From assembly GCF_006345805.1 (NCBI RefSeq), contig NC_043017.1, forward strand, positions 7,068,001-7,132,000: a stretch of DNA of 64,000 nt, given 5' to 3'. Origin of the DNA: Octopus sinensis. Its lineage: Eukaryota. Below are positions 1-11,803 of this stretch, piece by piece (position 1 is the first letter of the stretch; every line of letters begins with the position of its first letter). The notes beneath the pieces are model-generated. The model was not told where the DNA came from, did not search any database, and was given only the letters and a program-made list of their open reading frames with translations. Made by a program: the position numbers and the translations under genes.

Positions 1-490
1 TTTTAACTCCTTAAGAAACTTTTCATCTTAAACCATAAATACCACCAGCTATTTAGTGAAAAGCTACTCTTGAATATTTATACTCTACTACCCCAAAAGC
101 CAACTGCAATTCTGCTCATTGTAACTCTTTGAAAATTAATACTGTGCATCCACTATATTCCTAACAACTGCGCCTTAGATTCTGACTTCATGAATAAGTA
201 TATTGTATACCAATGTCTGGTTACTACTAAAGACAACATAAACACTTATGTTGGTATGACCTCAAATCAATTTAAACCAAGATTTTATTCCCACATGGAT
301 TCCTTTAAAAACAGCAAATGCAAACAAACTTCTTTGGCTACATAGATTTGGTTATTAAAGGATAACTTAAGACCATATCATCTTAAATGAAGCATACATC
401 CTACAGCTAAAGCATATAAGAAGAATAATAACCCTTATGATCTTTATACAATAGAGGGCTTCCTTAATATATTTTGTAAAGACTCTTTTA
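1..490 (+). mobile_element. Decayed Penelope-like element (PLE) fragment: RT-EN linker plus GIY-YIG endonuclease
   Basis: Frame from ATG 190 reads MNKYIVYQCLVTTKDNINTYVGMTSNQFKPRFYSHMDSFKNSKCKQTSLAT*IWLLKD.., matching the PLE GIY-YIG pattern (IVY..TYIG.T...FK.R...H..SF...LS.YIW.LK). In-frame stops are present. Confidence 0.75.
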
Positions 491-552
491 TTCAAATGTC
501 ATTCAGAGGATGAGTTCAAGCTGCAGTAGCAGAAAATTCATGATGTAGGAGT

Positions 553-968
553 GGCGCAGGAGTGACTGTGTGGTAAGTAGCTTGTTTACCAACCACATGG
601 TTCCGGGTTCAGTCCCACTGCGTGGCACCTTGGGCAAGTGTCTTCTGCTATAGCCCCGGGCCGACCAATGCCTTGTGAGTGGATTTGGTAGACGGAAACT
701 GAAAGAAGCCCGTCGTATATATGTATATATATATATGTGTGTGCGTGTATGTTTGTGTGTCTGTGTCTGTCCCCCTAGCATTGTTTGACAACCGATGCTG
801 GTGTGTTTACGTCCCCGTCACTTAGCGGTTCGGCAAAAGAGACCGATAGAATAAGTACTGGGCTTACAAAAGAATAAGTCCTGGGGTCGAGTTGCTCGAT
901 TAAAGGCGGTGCTCCAGCATGGCCGCAGTCAAATGACTGAAACAAGTAAAAGAGTAAAGAGTAAGAGT
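553..968 (+). mobile_element. tRNA-derived SINE, family 1 (full length)
   Basis: Head ggcgcaggagtggctgtgtggtaag..ggttcagtccc (A/B-box-like), internal (TA)n, tail (aagagt)n; more than 10 copies in the window. Confidence 0.85.
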
Positions 969-1099
969 ATAGATTTTGCGAGCCAACCAGTGTGTGTATG
1001 TGTGTCTGTGAAGAAAGATAGTTAAAAATAAAAGTGTAAATATGAATAAAATTTTTAAAAATAAATTATGTATTTGTGTATAATCTTGTGTTTCTACAG

Positions 1100-1238
1100 A
1101 AAGTCTTTCTAATTATGGAATACTGTAGCGGCGGAGAACTGGGCAAGCAACTGAGTGCTGCAGTGAAGTTTGATGAAGCTATTGTCAAGAACGTCATGAC
1201 TTCTCTAGTGAGTGCAATATCCTATCTTCATAAATGTG
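1100..1238 (+). CDS. STK33: STK33-like kinase, internal exon (subdomains V-VIa)
   Basis: ctacag|AAAGTC..TGTG|gtgagt; reads KVFLIMEYCSGGELGKQLSAAVKFDEAIVKNVMTSLVSAISYLHKC(G); phase 0 to 1, compatible with the next exon. Confidence 0.9.
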
Positions 1239-2127
1239 GTGAGTTGAACCTGTAAACCAGACTCCATTGTAAGGTAAAACCACCCTCTCTAACCATTCAC
1301 CCACTTGCCCGTCCCCCACCACCCACAAACAGAATAGATATGAGGTTTACAGTATTTCTGTTATATGTGTGCATGTATCTACGTATCAAACGTTGTTTTT
1401 TAACATCAGCTTTCCATGCCGGCATGGGTTGGACAGGTTGTTACAGTCAGTGGCAGCACATATTCAAGGGGTGCTGCTCACCTAGACAGGCCATGGGACC
1501 GCATGTTGATTGCACTTCACTTTTGGTTTCATTTCTCAGGATGGATTAACCCCACCACCGACCTCAACAACACCCACTTTACAGAGTGTTCTGTGTGCTT
1601 TTTTTTTCATGGCACCAGCATTAGAGAAGTAGTCATGTCCTCAACACAACTAAAGGAACCTCACAGCCCCACATTTTTTGGTCACTTGCCAGCCTCTTTA
1701 CTGAGTGAGAAACATGAGTGACAGAGACACGAATGATAGTGATCAGCGGGATATATGATAGAAGAAAAGTGATAGGAGTAATTCGGTATAATAAGATTGT
1801 GACCTCTCTTCTTGTTGACCATAGATGAAAGTCCTTCAACTTTTTGCTGGACAACCCCTGCACAGAAGAACTGTTTATTGTGATCAAACGTTTGTATTGT
1901 ATATTAGTCCACTCCTTTTATCAGAATGGATATTGCCTGTTCAAGCAAGTGCATGATATGCTAACTGTCATATACTGAAGTGATTGCCAGGGCAACGGGA
2001 AAAGAAGTGTTTTGCTCCAGAATACAACACACTGCCTTGTCTGGGAATTGAAACCACAATCTTGATATGAACCCACATGAGACTGACCTTTGGTTTATAA
2101 TAGAAACTTCTTGTTTTAAAGGGATTT

Positions 2128-2524
2128 ATTCTTTCTTTTACTTGTTTCAGTCATTTTGACTGTGGCCATGCTGGAGAACCACCTTTTTAGTCGAGCAAAT
2201 CGACCCCAGGACTTATTCACTGTAAGCCTAGTACTTATTCTATCGGTCTCTTTTGCTGAACCACTAAGTGACGGGGACGTAAACACACCAGCATCAGTTG
2301 CCAAGCGATGTTGGGGGGACAAACACATACACACTCATAAATATATATATATACATATATATGACGAGCTTCTTTCAGTTTCCGTCTACCAAATCCACTC
2401 ACAAGGCTTTGGTCAGCCCGTGGCTATAGCAGAAGACACTTGTCCAAGGTGCCACACAGTGGGACTCAACCTGGAACCATGTGGTTCGTAAGCAAGCTAC
2501 TTACCACACAGCCACTCCTGCATC
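2128..2524 (-). mobile_element. SINE family 1
   Basis: Reverse complement of the 553-968 consensus. Confidence 0.85.
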
Positions 2525-2647
2525 TATGTAAATTAAAACCTTCCTTCGAACTGTCCGGTTCATTTATGCTTCAAACACAAGCTTAATTACAACAAAGTTA
2601 TTTCATTAAATTGTTCTTTATTAACAAAATTAATTGAAAGAAAAGCC

Positions 2648-3039
2648 ATGAGTGGCTGTGTGGTAAGTAGCTTGCTAACTAACCACATGGTTCCGGGTTC
2701 AGTCCCACTGCGTGGCATCTTGGGCAAGTGTCTTCTGCTATAGCCCCGGGCCGACCAATGCCTTGTGAGTGGATTTGGTAGACGGAAACTGAAAGAAGCC
2801 TGTCGTATATATGTATATATATATGTGTGTGTGTTTGTGTTTGTCCCCCCAACATCGCTTGACAACCGATGCTGGTATGTTTACGTCCTCGTCACTTAGC
2901 GGTTCGGCAAAAAGAGACCGATAGAATAAGTACTGGGCTTCCAAAGAATAAGTCCCGGGGTCGAATTGCTCGACTAAAGGTGGTGCTCCAGCATGGCCGC
3001 AGTCAAATGACTGAAACAAGTAAAAGAGTAAAGAGAGTA
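2648..3039 (+). mobile_element. SINE family 1
   Basis: Near-identical to 553-968. Confidence 0.85.
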
Positions 3040-3328
3040 TTTCATCAGAAATATGGTAAGAAAAGGGTTAAAGGGATCAAACTTAAAACCTTCCATCCAA
3101 ATTTCATGTTAATTTTTTTCCAAAAACCAGCTTAATGAATGACAAAATTATTTAACTACATTCATTATTTTCAAAATTAATTAAAACAAAGGCAGTATAT
3201 TTCAACAAAAATACGGTAACAACAGAGTTACAAAGTTTAAAACTTAATTTTATTGGCTCCTTTGATACCAGTCCACCTAAGAATGCTCCTCGTTCTGTAT
3301 ACATGCTTTTTATTTTAATGTGGCTTAA

Positions 3329-3549
3329 CCCTTTAGCATTCAAACCGGCCATATCCGGCCAATAGTATTCTGCCTGTTTTATGTTCAAACTGGCCAGATC
3401 TGGTCTCTCACACCAACCCTACAATATTGTTTTAAAAATTAACAGTTACCTCATCAAAATCTCAAAGCTACAAGATAATGCATGATTAGTTCAAAACAAT
3501 GTGGATAAAAAAGGATTAATTTTGGTAGAATAATGCAAACACTAAAGGG
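3329..3549. mobile_element. piggyBac-type MITE
   Basis: TTAA|CCCTTTAG...CTAAAGGG|TTAA. Confidence 0.75.
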
Positions 3550-4221
3550 TTAAAGGATAGGTTTTCATCGAAATCTGATATTAATTTATGTTCCAAACAC
3601 CAGCTTGTTAATGACAAAGTTATTTCAGTAAATTCTTCATGGTTTTCGAAACTAAAGGGTTAAGTAATTCTTTGGAATACTGAACAAAGCCTTTCTGAAT
3701 TCTTTTGATACCAACGCACCTAAAACTGTCCTTAAATTCCTTGATGCAAGTTCTTTGCTTTAAAAGGATCAAAATTAAAAACTTTCATCAAAATTTCATT
3801 TAAATTTAGGTTTCAAAGCACCAGCTTAACAAGGGCAAAGTTATTTGATTAAATTCTTCATCACTATCATTTAGCATCTGCTTTCCATGCTGGCATGGGT
3901 TGGATGGTTTGACATGGAGCCGTCCAGGCTAGGAGCTGTCCAGGCTCCAGTTATCTGTTGTGGCATGGTTTCAACGGCTGGATGATGCCCTTCCTAATGC
4001 CAACCACTTTACAGAGTGTACTGGGTGCTTTTTACATGTCACCATCATGGGTGTATTTACACAGCACTTTGTGCCCCATTAGGAGACTCACAAAAATCTT
4101 TTTCGACGAATACTTCGGAGTTTTCTAGAAAACTCAATAAGCGAATAACTGAATAACTGCTTGCGTCCTCAGCGTTTGCGTTTCTGGTGGAAATAACCTG
4201 AGCATTTCCTTCCATTTGCAG

Positions 4222-4304
4222 GTGTAGTCCATCGAGATTTAAAACTCTCCAACATTTTGCTTACCATAGAACCAAAAATTGAAGACAAAGCCTACTTCAT
4301 TAAG
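4222..4304 (+). CDS. STK33: STK33-like kinase exon with catalytic loop
   Basis: ttgcag|GTGTA..TTAAG|gtaagt; (G)VVHRDLKLSNILLTIEPKIEDKAYFIK, containing HRDLKxxN. Confidence 0.95.
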
Positions 4305-4459
4305 GTAAGTGTGTGTGTGTGGGGAGGTTTGTTGTTGTTGTTGTTCTTGTCATTACCATTATCATTGTCGTTGTTGTTGTTGTTGTTATCATTGTTATTG
4401 CTGTTGTTGTCATCAGCAGCATCTACATCACAGGTGGCAGCAGCAGTGCTGTTGTCATC

Positions 4460-4975
4460 TAGTCCTAGGTCAGACTTTTCCACCAGATCTCTGTTATCGC
4501 TCTTGCTGCTTTTTTTTAGCCCTAGGTCAGACCTGATCCACTAGATCTCTGTTATTGCTCTCGCTGCTTTTTTTTAGCCCTAGGTCAGACCTGATCTACC
4601 AGATCTCTGTTATTCTTTTTACTATTGTTATTTTTAGCCCTAGGTCAGACCTGATCCACTAGATCTCTGTTATTGCTCTTGCTGCTTTTTTTTAGCCCTA
4701 GGTCTGTCCTGATCTACCAGATCTCTGTTATTCTTCTTACTATTGTTATTTTTAGCCCTAGGTCAGACCTGATCCACTAGATCTCTGTTATCGCTCTTGC
4801 TGTTTTTTTAGCCCTAGGTCAGACCTGATCTACCAGATCTCTGTTATTCTTCTTACTATTATTTTTTTTAGCCCTAGGTCACAGCTGATCCACCAGATCT
4901 CTGTTATTGTTCTTGCTCTAGTTTTTTTAGCCCTAGGTCAGACCAGATCCAGCAGACCTCTGTTATTGTTGATGT
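4460..4975. repeat. Minisatellite, 56-60-bp unit x9, alternating variants
   Basis: ttttagccctaggtcagacctgat..agatctctgttatt recurs at 4462, 4519, 4577, 4637, 4695, 4755, 4811, 4871, 4930. Confidence 0.9.
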
Positions 4976-5437
4976 TGCCATTGTTATATGTTGTTGTTGT
5001 TGTTGTTTTATTTTGTCTTCTTTTTACAAGAGTAAAAGAATTTAATTTCTGTCTCGTCTGAGAAAGCGAAAGTTTCAGGAATAAGAAAAAAAATGACAAC
5101 TAAAATAGAGACAAAATAAACTTTTAATCTTATTTGCATCTGATTTGCATCTAAGTTAGCTAAATTAGATGCAAATGAGATTAATGTATGCTAATGTGTA
5201 ATGGATACAAATAATAACACATAATGAATAACAGAAATGTAATAATTACCATTTTTCTGATTATTTAACCATCACCTCAACCATCATCATCATCACCACC
5301 ATCACTGTCACTATCACCACCAGCATCACTATCACCATTATCAATACCATCGACATCTTTTGTCTCATTGTCTGATACACTGTGACAGTGTGATTTGATC
5401 ACTTGACACCCACCCACACACACAGACACACACACAC

Positions 5438-5474
<37 letters not shown>

Positions 5475-6879
5475 TATCATCATCATCATCACTTTACATC
5501 CTCTATCGCATGCTTGCATGGGTCGGATGGAATTCCATCTAAGCAGATTTTCTTCAGCCCTGTGCTCTTCCTGTCACCAACTCTCACTTGTCTCCAAGCA
5601 AAGTGATATTTCCCCCCCCCCCATGAACCAGAAATGCTTTCATGGAAGACCAGAAACGAATGACACTGCTTGTATGAAGGTGACACTCGTTTACATCTGT
5701 CATGTGATGTGAAGACGAGGCAGTACAAAGACGCACGCACATATGATGAGTTCTTTTAGTTTCTGTCTATGTTGACCCAAGGAGACGTGGGATGAAGTGG
5801 TGAGAAGGGGTCTGCGGGTTCTTGGCCTCACTAAGGAAATGACAAGGGACCAGGAGATGTGGCAATTTGCTGTACTTGATAAGCAAACTAAGTAAAATGT
5901 CTTCCACACATACAGGCTGGCACTTTTCAGGTGCCAGTGCCATGCAAAATACACTCGTGCCGGTGCCACTTAGAAAGCACCCACGATGGGGACATGTAAA
6001 AAGCACCCAGCACACTCTGGAAAGTGGTTGGCATTAGGAAGGGCATCTGGCCATAGAAAGCATGTTACAACAGACAGTGGGAGTTTAGACAGCCCCACCC
6101 CTGTTAGCCAGCTCCATGTCAAACTGCCCAATCCATGCCAGCATGGAAAGTGGATGTTAAACGATGGTGATGGTGGTGGTGGTGGTGGTGGTAATCCACA
6201 GACACACATGCGTTTAACTTAGTTTTCAGGGAGATTCAATGCGACACAGAATGTAACAAGGCTGGCCCCTTTGAATTACGGGTACAACTGATATTTGCCA
6301 GCTGAGTGGACTGGAGCAATGTGAAATGGAGTGTCTTGCTCAAGGACACAACAGACCACCAGGAATTGAACACACAACTTTACGATCGTGAGTCGAACGT
6401 CCTAACCACAAAGCCTTTCACTTTCACAATACATACACACACATGGAGATAAATGTTGCCGTCTCACAAACAATGCCACTCGTTTCCGGTATTCCAGGTA
6501 AATATGTCCAGCTAAGAGGAAATGTTTCCTCGCTTGAAAAGAGATGAGGGTTGGCGACAGGAAGAGCACCAGGCCGTAAAAGACATGCTTCAATGAATTC
6601 CATCTGACCTGCTCAAGCATGGAAAAGTGGATGATGTTGATGATGATGATGATGATATATACATGTGTGTGTGCATAAATTTATATGTATGTGTATTTAT
6701 ATGTATGTATGTATATATATGTATATGTGCGTGTATATATGTGCATATATATATATATATATATATGTATGTATATGTGCGTGTATATATGTGCATATAT
6801 ATATATATATATATATATGTAAATATAGATGCATATATATGTGTGTGTGTGTAAATATATATGTATATGTATGTATGTG

Positions 6880-6911
<32 letters not shown>

Positions 6912-7442
6912 TATGATATTTAATGGTCATTTGCTTATTGAATCAATTGTTATGTCATGTAGGAGACAAAAGCACGAGAAAAGACGCGATTTAATTATCT
7001 GAATAATTTAAGTCGTTATAGCAATAATTCATCTCAGAATATGGACAATTGATCGATAATTACTAACACCTAACAGACATAGCCACCAACAGATATCACA
7101 TATGACCACCAGAGGCTAATGAACATAAGCACTAAAAGTTAACGAACGTAAGCACTAATAGTTAACGAACGTAACTACCAGTAGCTATTGGTTACAGGCA
7201 CAACAACAATGACAACAAAAACAAGGAGAAAAGGTCATGGCTTTGATTTGATAAATCATCATCATCATCATTTAACGTCCACCTTTCCTTGCTTGCATGG
7301 GTCAGGAGGAATTTGTTGAGGCAGATTTTTTTATGGCTAAATGCCTTTCTTGTCATTAACCCTCATCTGTTTGCAATTAAGGTGATATTTTCTTATAGCT
7401 AGACATGCTTTTAGATGGAAGACTAGAAACAAATAAACTTTC

Positions 7443-7474
<32 letters not shown>

Positions 7475-7477
7475 GTG

Positions 7478-7815
7478 AAGGCGCATGGCTCAGTGGTTAG
7501 AGCATCGAGCTTACGATCGTGAGGTTGTCAGCTCGAATCCCGGACCGGGCTGCGTGTTGTGTTCTTGAGCAAGACACTTTACTTCACGTTGCTCCAGTTA
7601 ACTCAGCTGTAGAAATGAGTTGCGACGTCACAGGTGCCAAGCTGTATCGGCCCCTTTGCCTTTCCCTTGGATAACACTGGTGGCATGGAGAGGGGAGACC
7701 AGTATGCATGGGCGACTGCTGGTCTTCCATAAACCACCTTGCCCAGACTTGTGACTAGGAGGGTAACTTTCTAGGTGCAATCCCATGGTCAGTGTCGTGA
7801 CCGAAGGGGGTCCCT
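7478..7815 (+). mobile_element. tRNA-derived SINE, family 2
   Basis: ggcgcatggctcagtggttagagc (A box)..tcgaatccc (B box)..ctccagttaactcagctgtagaaatgag; further copies at 23336-23675(-), 36880-37070, 62550-62830. Confidence 0.8.
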
Positions 7816-7836
7816 AAATTATTATTATTATTATCA

Positions 7837-7875
<39 letters not shown>

Positions 7876-8509
7876 TCTCCGTGAGTGTAGTGGGTGCTTT
7901 TTACGTGCCACTGGCACAGGAGCCAGAGGAGGCTGACAAACGGCTACGATCGGTCGGTGCCTTTACGTGTCACTGACACGGATGCCAGTCAGGCGGCGCT
8001 GGTATCTGCCACGTTTGGACGGTGCTTTAACGTGTCACTGGCACAGGTATCTTAACTACAATTTCCATTTGATTTTCATTTTGATGTTGGTGTTAACGTA
8101 CTTGACTTAATAGGTCTCCTCAAGAACAGCAGGTCACTCTACGATCCAAGGTTAGCACAGCAGGCCATCCTGCAAGCCATGAACTCACTTCATTTGTCGG
8201 GTCTTCGAAGTCACAGCATTATCTCCAGAGGTCTACGTAACCGGTTTCCACTCATAAAACATTGGTCATCATAGGGCTGTAGTAAAAGACAGTTGCCCAC
8301 GGTGTCATGCAGTGGGACTGAACCTGAGACTGCATGGCTGGGAAGCTAGCTTTTTAACCACACAGAAACTTTAAGATTTTAAACTGATCCCTAAATGTCT
8401 AAAACTCCCATGTTTTAATGTGTGTGTGATGTGAAAACCCCACACAAGTAAAACAGGAAGCAGTAAGGTATATTGGAAACAAACAGATAATATATAAACA
8501 TTCCGAACA

Positions 8510-8785
8510 TGGCCAGCGCTGCTTTGGCTGGCATCCGTGCCGGTGGCACTTAAAAAACACCAATCAATTGTGGCCGTTTCCAGCCTCCACTGGCCCCTGT
8601 GCCGCTGGCATGTAAAAAGAACCCACTACACTCACAGAGTGGTTGGCATTAGGAAGGGCATCCAGCTGTAGAAACACTGCCAGATCAGACTGGAGCCTGG
8701 TGCAGCCATCTGATTCGCCAGTCCTCAGTCAAATCGTCCAACCCATGCCAGCATGGAAAGTGGACGTTAAATGATGAGGATGATG
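8510..8785 (+). mobile_element. Dispersed SINE-like repeat, family 4
   Basis: gccggtggcac..aaaagcaccc..gagtggttggcattaggaagggcatcc..acgttaaatgatgatg tail; copies at 3875-4075(-), 5900-6190, 7870-8170(-), 11340-11550, 39508-39712, 53625-53775(-), 55590-55770(-), 63240-63430(-). Confidence 0.7.
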
Positions 8786-8786
8786 A

Positions 8787-9474
8787 GTTCAATAAAGGCA
8801 ACAACACAACAGAAAGTGCAAGGAATATTAATACAGTTTATGGGGATCGGACAATAAGCATGAGCCAGTATCAATCGTGGTTCCAGAATTTCCGAGCTGG
8901 AAACTACAGCCTAGAAGATGAGCCTCATCCTGGAAGACCTGTAGAGCTTGACAAGAAGGTCCTGCAAAACCTGGTGGAACAAAATCCCATTGCAAATGTT
9001 GAGGAACTCACAGAGAAGCTTGGATTTGGTCACTCAAGCAGTTATTCAAAGAAAAACGACCATCTTTGGTTTCAAGACGAAAGGTATTCTTCCATCAAGA
9101 TAATGCTCAGCCACATACAGCAAGGATGACATTCCAAAGGCTGAAGCAGTTTTGATGGGAAATGGTACCCCCACCCACCATAATCATCAGACATTACCCC
9201 ATCTGATTATCATTTATTCCGCAGTCTTCAAAATCATTTGGATGGAAAAAATATGAATTCTGTAGAGGAGGTCAGAACAGTACTGGAAGAGTATTTTTCG
9301 TCACAGACAAGTGAATTTTAGAAGAAGGGTCTTGCAAGTGTACCAGATGGATGGAAGAGCGTTGTAGAAAATGAAGGAGAGTATATTTTAGATTAAAAAA
9401 GAATTTTGTTTATCTTAATTTTCAAAAATGAAAGAAGTATTAAAAAAACTGCATTATTTATGGGATGACCCAAT
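8787..9474 (+). mobile_element. Internally deleted mariner (Tc1/mariner) transposon
   Basis: WFQNFRAGNYSLEDEPHPGRP (HTH region) joined to PSDYHLFRSLQNHL..W..VVENEGEY; right end ..ttatttatgggatgacccaat. Confidence 0.85.
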
Positions 9475-9495
9475 TTGTCTTATTTTGTTCTGCAG

Positions 9496-9583
9496 GTAAC
9501 TGATTTTGGTCTCTCTGTTGTTAAAGAAGGGGTTCGTCCAGAAAACATGTTAAATTCCTTTTGTGGCACATTGAATTACATGG
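9496..9583 (+). CDS. STK33: STK33-like kinase exon with DFG/activation segment
   Basis: ctgcag|GTAACT..ATGG|gtgagt; VTDFGLSVVKEGVRPENMLNSFCGTLNYM(A). Confidence 0.95.
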
Positions 9584-9880
9584 GTGAGTTGTTGTTCTTG
9601 TGTTGTTGTTGAGCCACCCATCCATCCTCTCAATCAAGCGGAATCGTTCCATCATCCCAAACACCCCGTCACAACTATTTTCATCACTTTCCTATTCCAT
9701 CTGATCCCTCCCAGCCTCTCTTCCAAAATCTGAATAGTTATATAGCTCCTCTACAGTTTGAAACTTGTTCTGACCCTTTTTCTCTCATGTTTCAGCCCCT
9801 CATCTCTTAGCATAAAACCACTCCCCTCAGGGTTCAATTTTTCAGTTGAGTATTGACCTCACCAAAGCTGATGGCATAAG

Positions 9881-10320
9881 AAAAGCACCCAGTACACTCT
9901 GTAAAGTGGTTGGCATTAGGAAGGGCATCCACCTATAGAAACCATGCCAAAGCAGACCTCAATGGTGTCACCTACAAAGCACCCAGTACACTCTGTAAAG
10001 TGGTTGGCATTAGGAAGGGCATCCACTTATAGAAACCATGCCAAAGCAGACCTCACTGGTGTCACCTAAAAAGCACCCAGTACACTCTGTAAAGTGGTTG
10101 GCATTAGGAAGGGCATCCACTTATAGAAACCATGCCAAAGCAGACCTCACTGGTGTCACCTAAAAAGCACCCAGTACACTCTGTAAAGTGGTTGGCATTA
10201 GGAAGGGCATCCACTTATAGAAACCATGCCAAAGCAGACCTCACTGGTGTCACCTAAAAAGCACCCAGTACACTCTGCAAAGTGGTTGGCATTAAGCTAA
10301 AGGAACCATACCAAAGCAGA
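9881..10320 (+). repeat. 94-bp tandem repeat x~4.5 derived from family 4 repeat
   Basis: gcacccagtacactctgtaaagtggttggc at 9885, 9979, 10073, 10167, 10261. Confidence 0.9.
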
Positions 10321-11113
10321 CACTGGAGCACAATGCAGTCCTTGGATCTATCGGACCCTGTCAAACCATGCAACAGATGCCAGCAAGGAAGATGGCCAAT
10401 GCTTATGGTGTTGATGATGATGATATATATATATATGTGTGTGTGTATGTATATAGTAAAGTCAATAAGAAGATTACAATGAATGGCTGTGTCAGAGTGG
10501 AAAATCCAGCATTTTTGACAGGGTCCTTCTTCAGTTGCAGTCAGTTTTTTTTTTATGTTTGACCAACATAAAACTCTGCCATCTCTCATTCATTTCCCTG
10601 AACAAGGCCTCTGTTGGACGGTTGGTTGGTTGATTGGCTAGTTGGTTGGTTGATTGATTGGTCATTTGGTTGACTACTTGGTTGGTTGGTTGGTTGGCTG
10701 GTCAGTTGGTTTGTAAGAAAAAGGCACCCAGAAGTGGGGAGTAATGGAAGTTCTAGAAAAGAAAGATTGGGAATTTAGAAGGGCTAAGAAGGAGTATTTG
10801 GTAATATATGGGGATCCAAGAGATGAAACAGCAAAATGATCTACTCGGAACATTAAGAGAGGTGGACTGAAGTGTGTTTCCATGAAGCCTTGGCATATAA
10901 CCTGTAAGTTCAGCAAAATTATGGTAATGGCACAAAGAATGAAGGAGAGAGAGGGGGGGAGGTATAGGGATAAAATGAAGATTCTAACCCCATGGTTAGA
11001 ATTGTGGATGCTTCTGCCATAAACAACAGATGAGGCTTCCACAATTTCTTGCCAGATGACCTACACAAAGGATTTGTTTTTAGTGAAAGCACCCATGTGT
11101 TGAGTTAGTTTTT

Positions 11114-11154
11114 AACGTTTCGACTGGTATACTCTCCAACCTTCATCAGGTGTC
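11114..11154 (-). ncRNA. Hammerhead-like motif, family A, lacking the 3' stem I strand
   Basis: GACAC-CUGAUGAA-GGUUG/CAGUC-GAAAC-GUU, then AAAAA. Confidence 0.55.
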
Positions 11155-11803
11155 TTGGGGAAATTTCGAACCTGGCTTCTCATTTCTAAGGTATTGTTCA
11201 ATGTTATTATTATCATTATTATTATTATTATTATTATTCAGGTCACTGCCTGGAATTGAGCTCGGAATCTTGGGGTTAGTAGCCTGCGCTCTTAACCACT
11301 ATGCCATGTGCTCGTTGGCAATTATGGAGTGAATTTTTAGGGCAGTGTCACGTAAAAGTGCCTGTGCAACGCCACATAAACGCATCCAGCACACTCTCTA
11401 AAGGGCATCCAACACACCCTCTAAAGGGCATCCAGCTGTAGAAACCAAATCAGGCTGGAGTCTGGTGCAGCTCCCCAGCTGGGTTGGATGGTCAAATCAT
11501 CCAACCCATGCTAGCATGGACAATGGACATTAAATGATGATGATGATGATGATCAAATGTCTGTGCTGTACATTAGCTCATTTCTGCCATCATATTGATG
11601 TTGCCTGAACAGGGGCCCCATGGTGTACTACACATTAGATGTTGAAGTGGTTGCAGGACAACATGAGAGCAAGTGTTTGCTCAAGAATACAACACACCAC
11701 TCAGTCCTGGAATTGAAATCACGGTCTTGTGATTGTGAGTGCAACACCCTTCTCACTTGGCCACATGCCTTCATGGAGAGTAGAATTGAAGGTTGGGAAT
11801 TGA

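Noticed and set aside
4085-4180. CUGAGGA...CGAAA on - plus an 18-bp palindrome GAGTTTTCTAGAAAACTC (4118-4135)
   Set aside because: Stem II register does not fit the core spacing and no stem I can be formed; the short palindrome alone is weak evidence.
7478-7550. tRNA genes (also heads at ~553, ~36155-36220)
   Set aside because: A/B-box-like heads run directly into SINE bodies and lack a complete cloverleaf and acceptor stem.
9183-9192. CUGAUGA hits in mariner sequence (also ~25706 and ~26341)
   Set aside because: Part of transposase codons (e.g. FHQD, SSD); no HHR stems.
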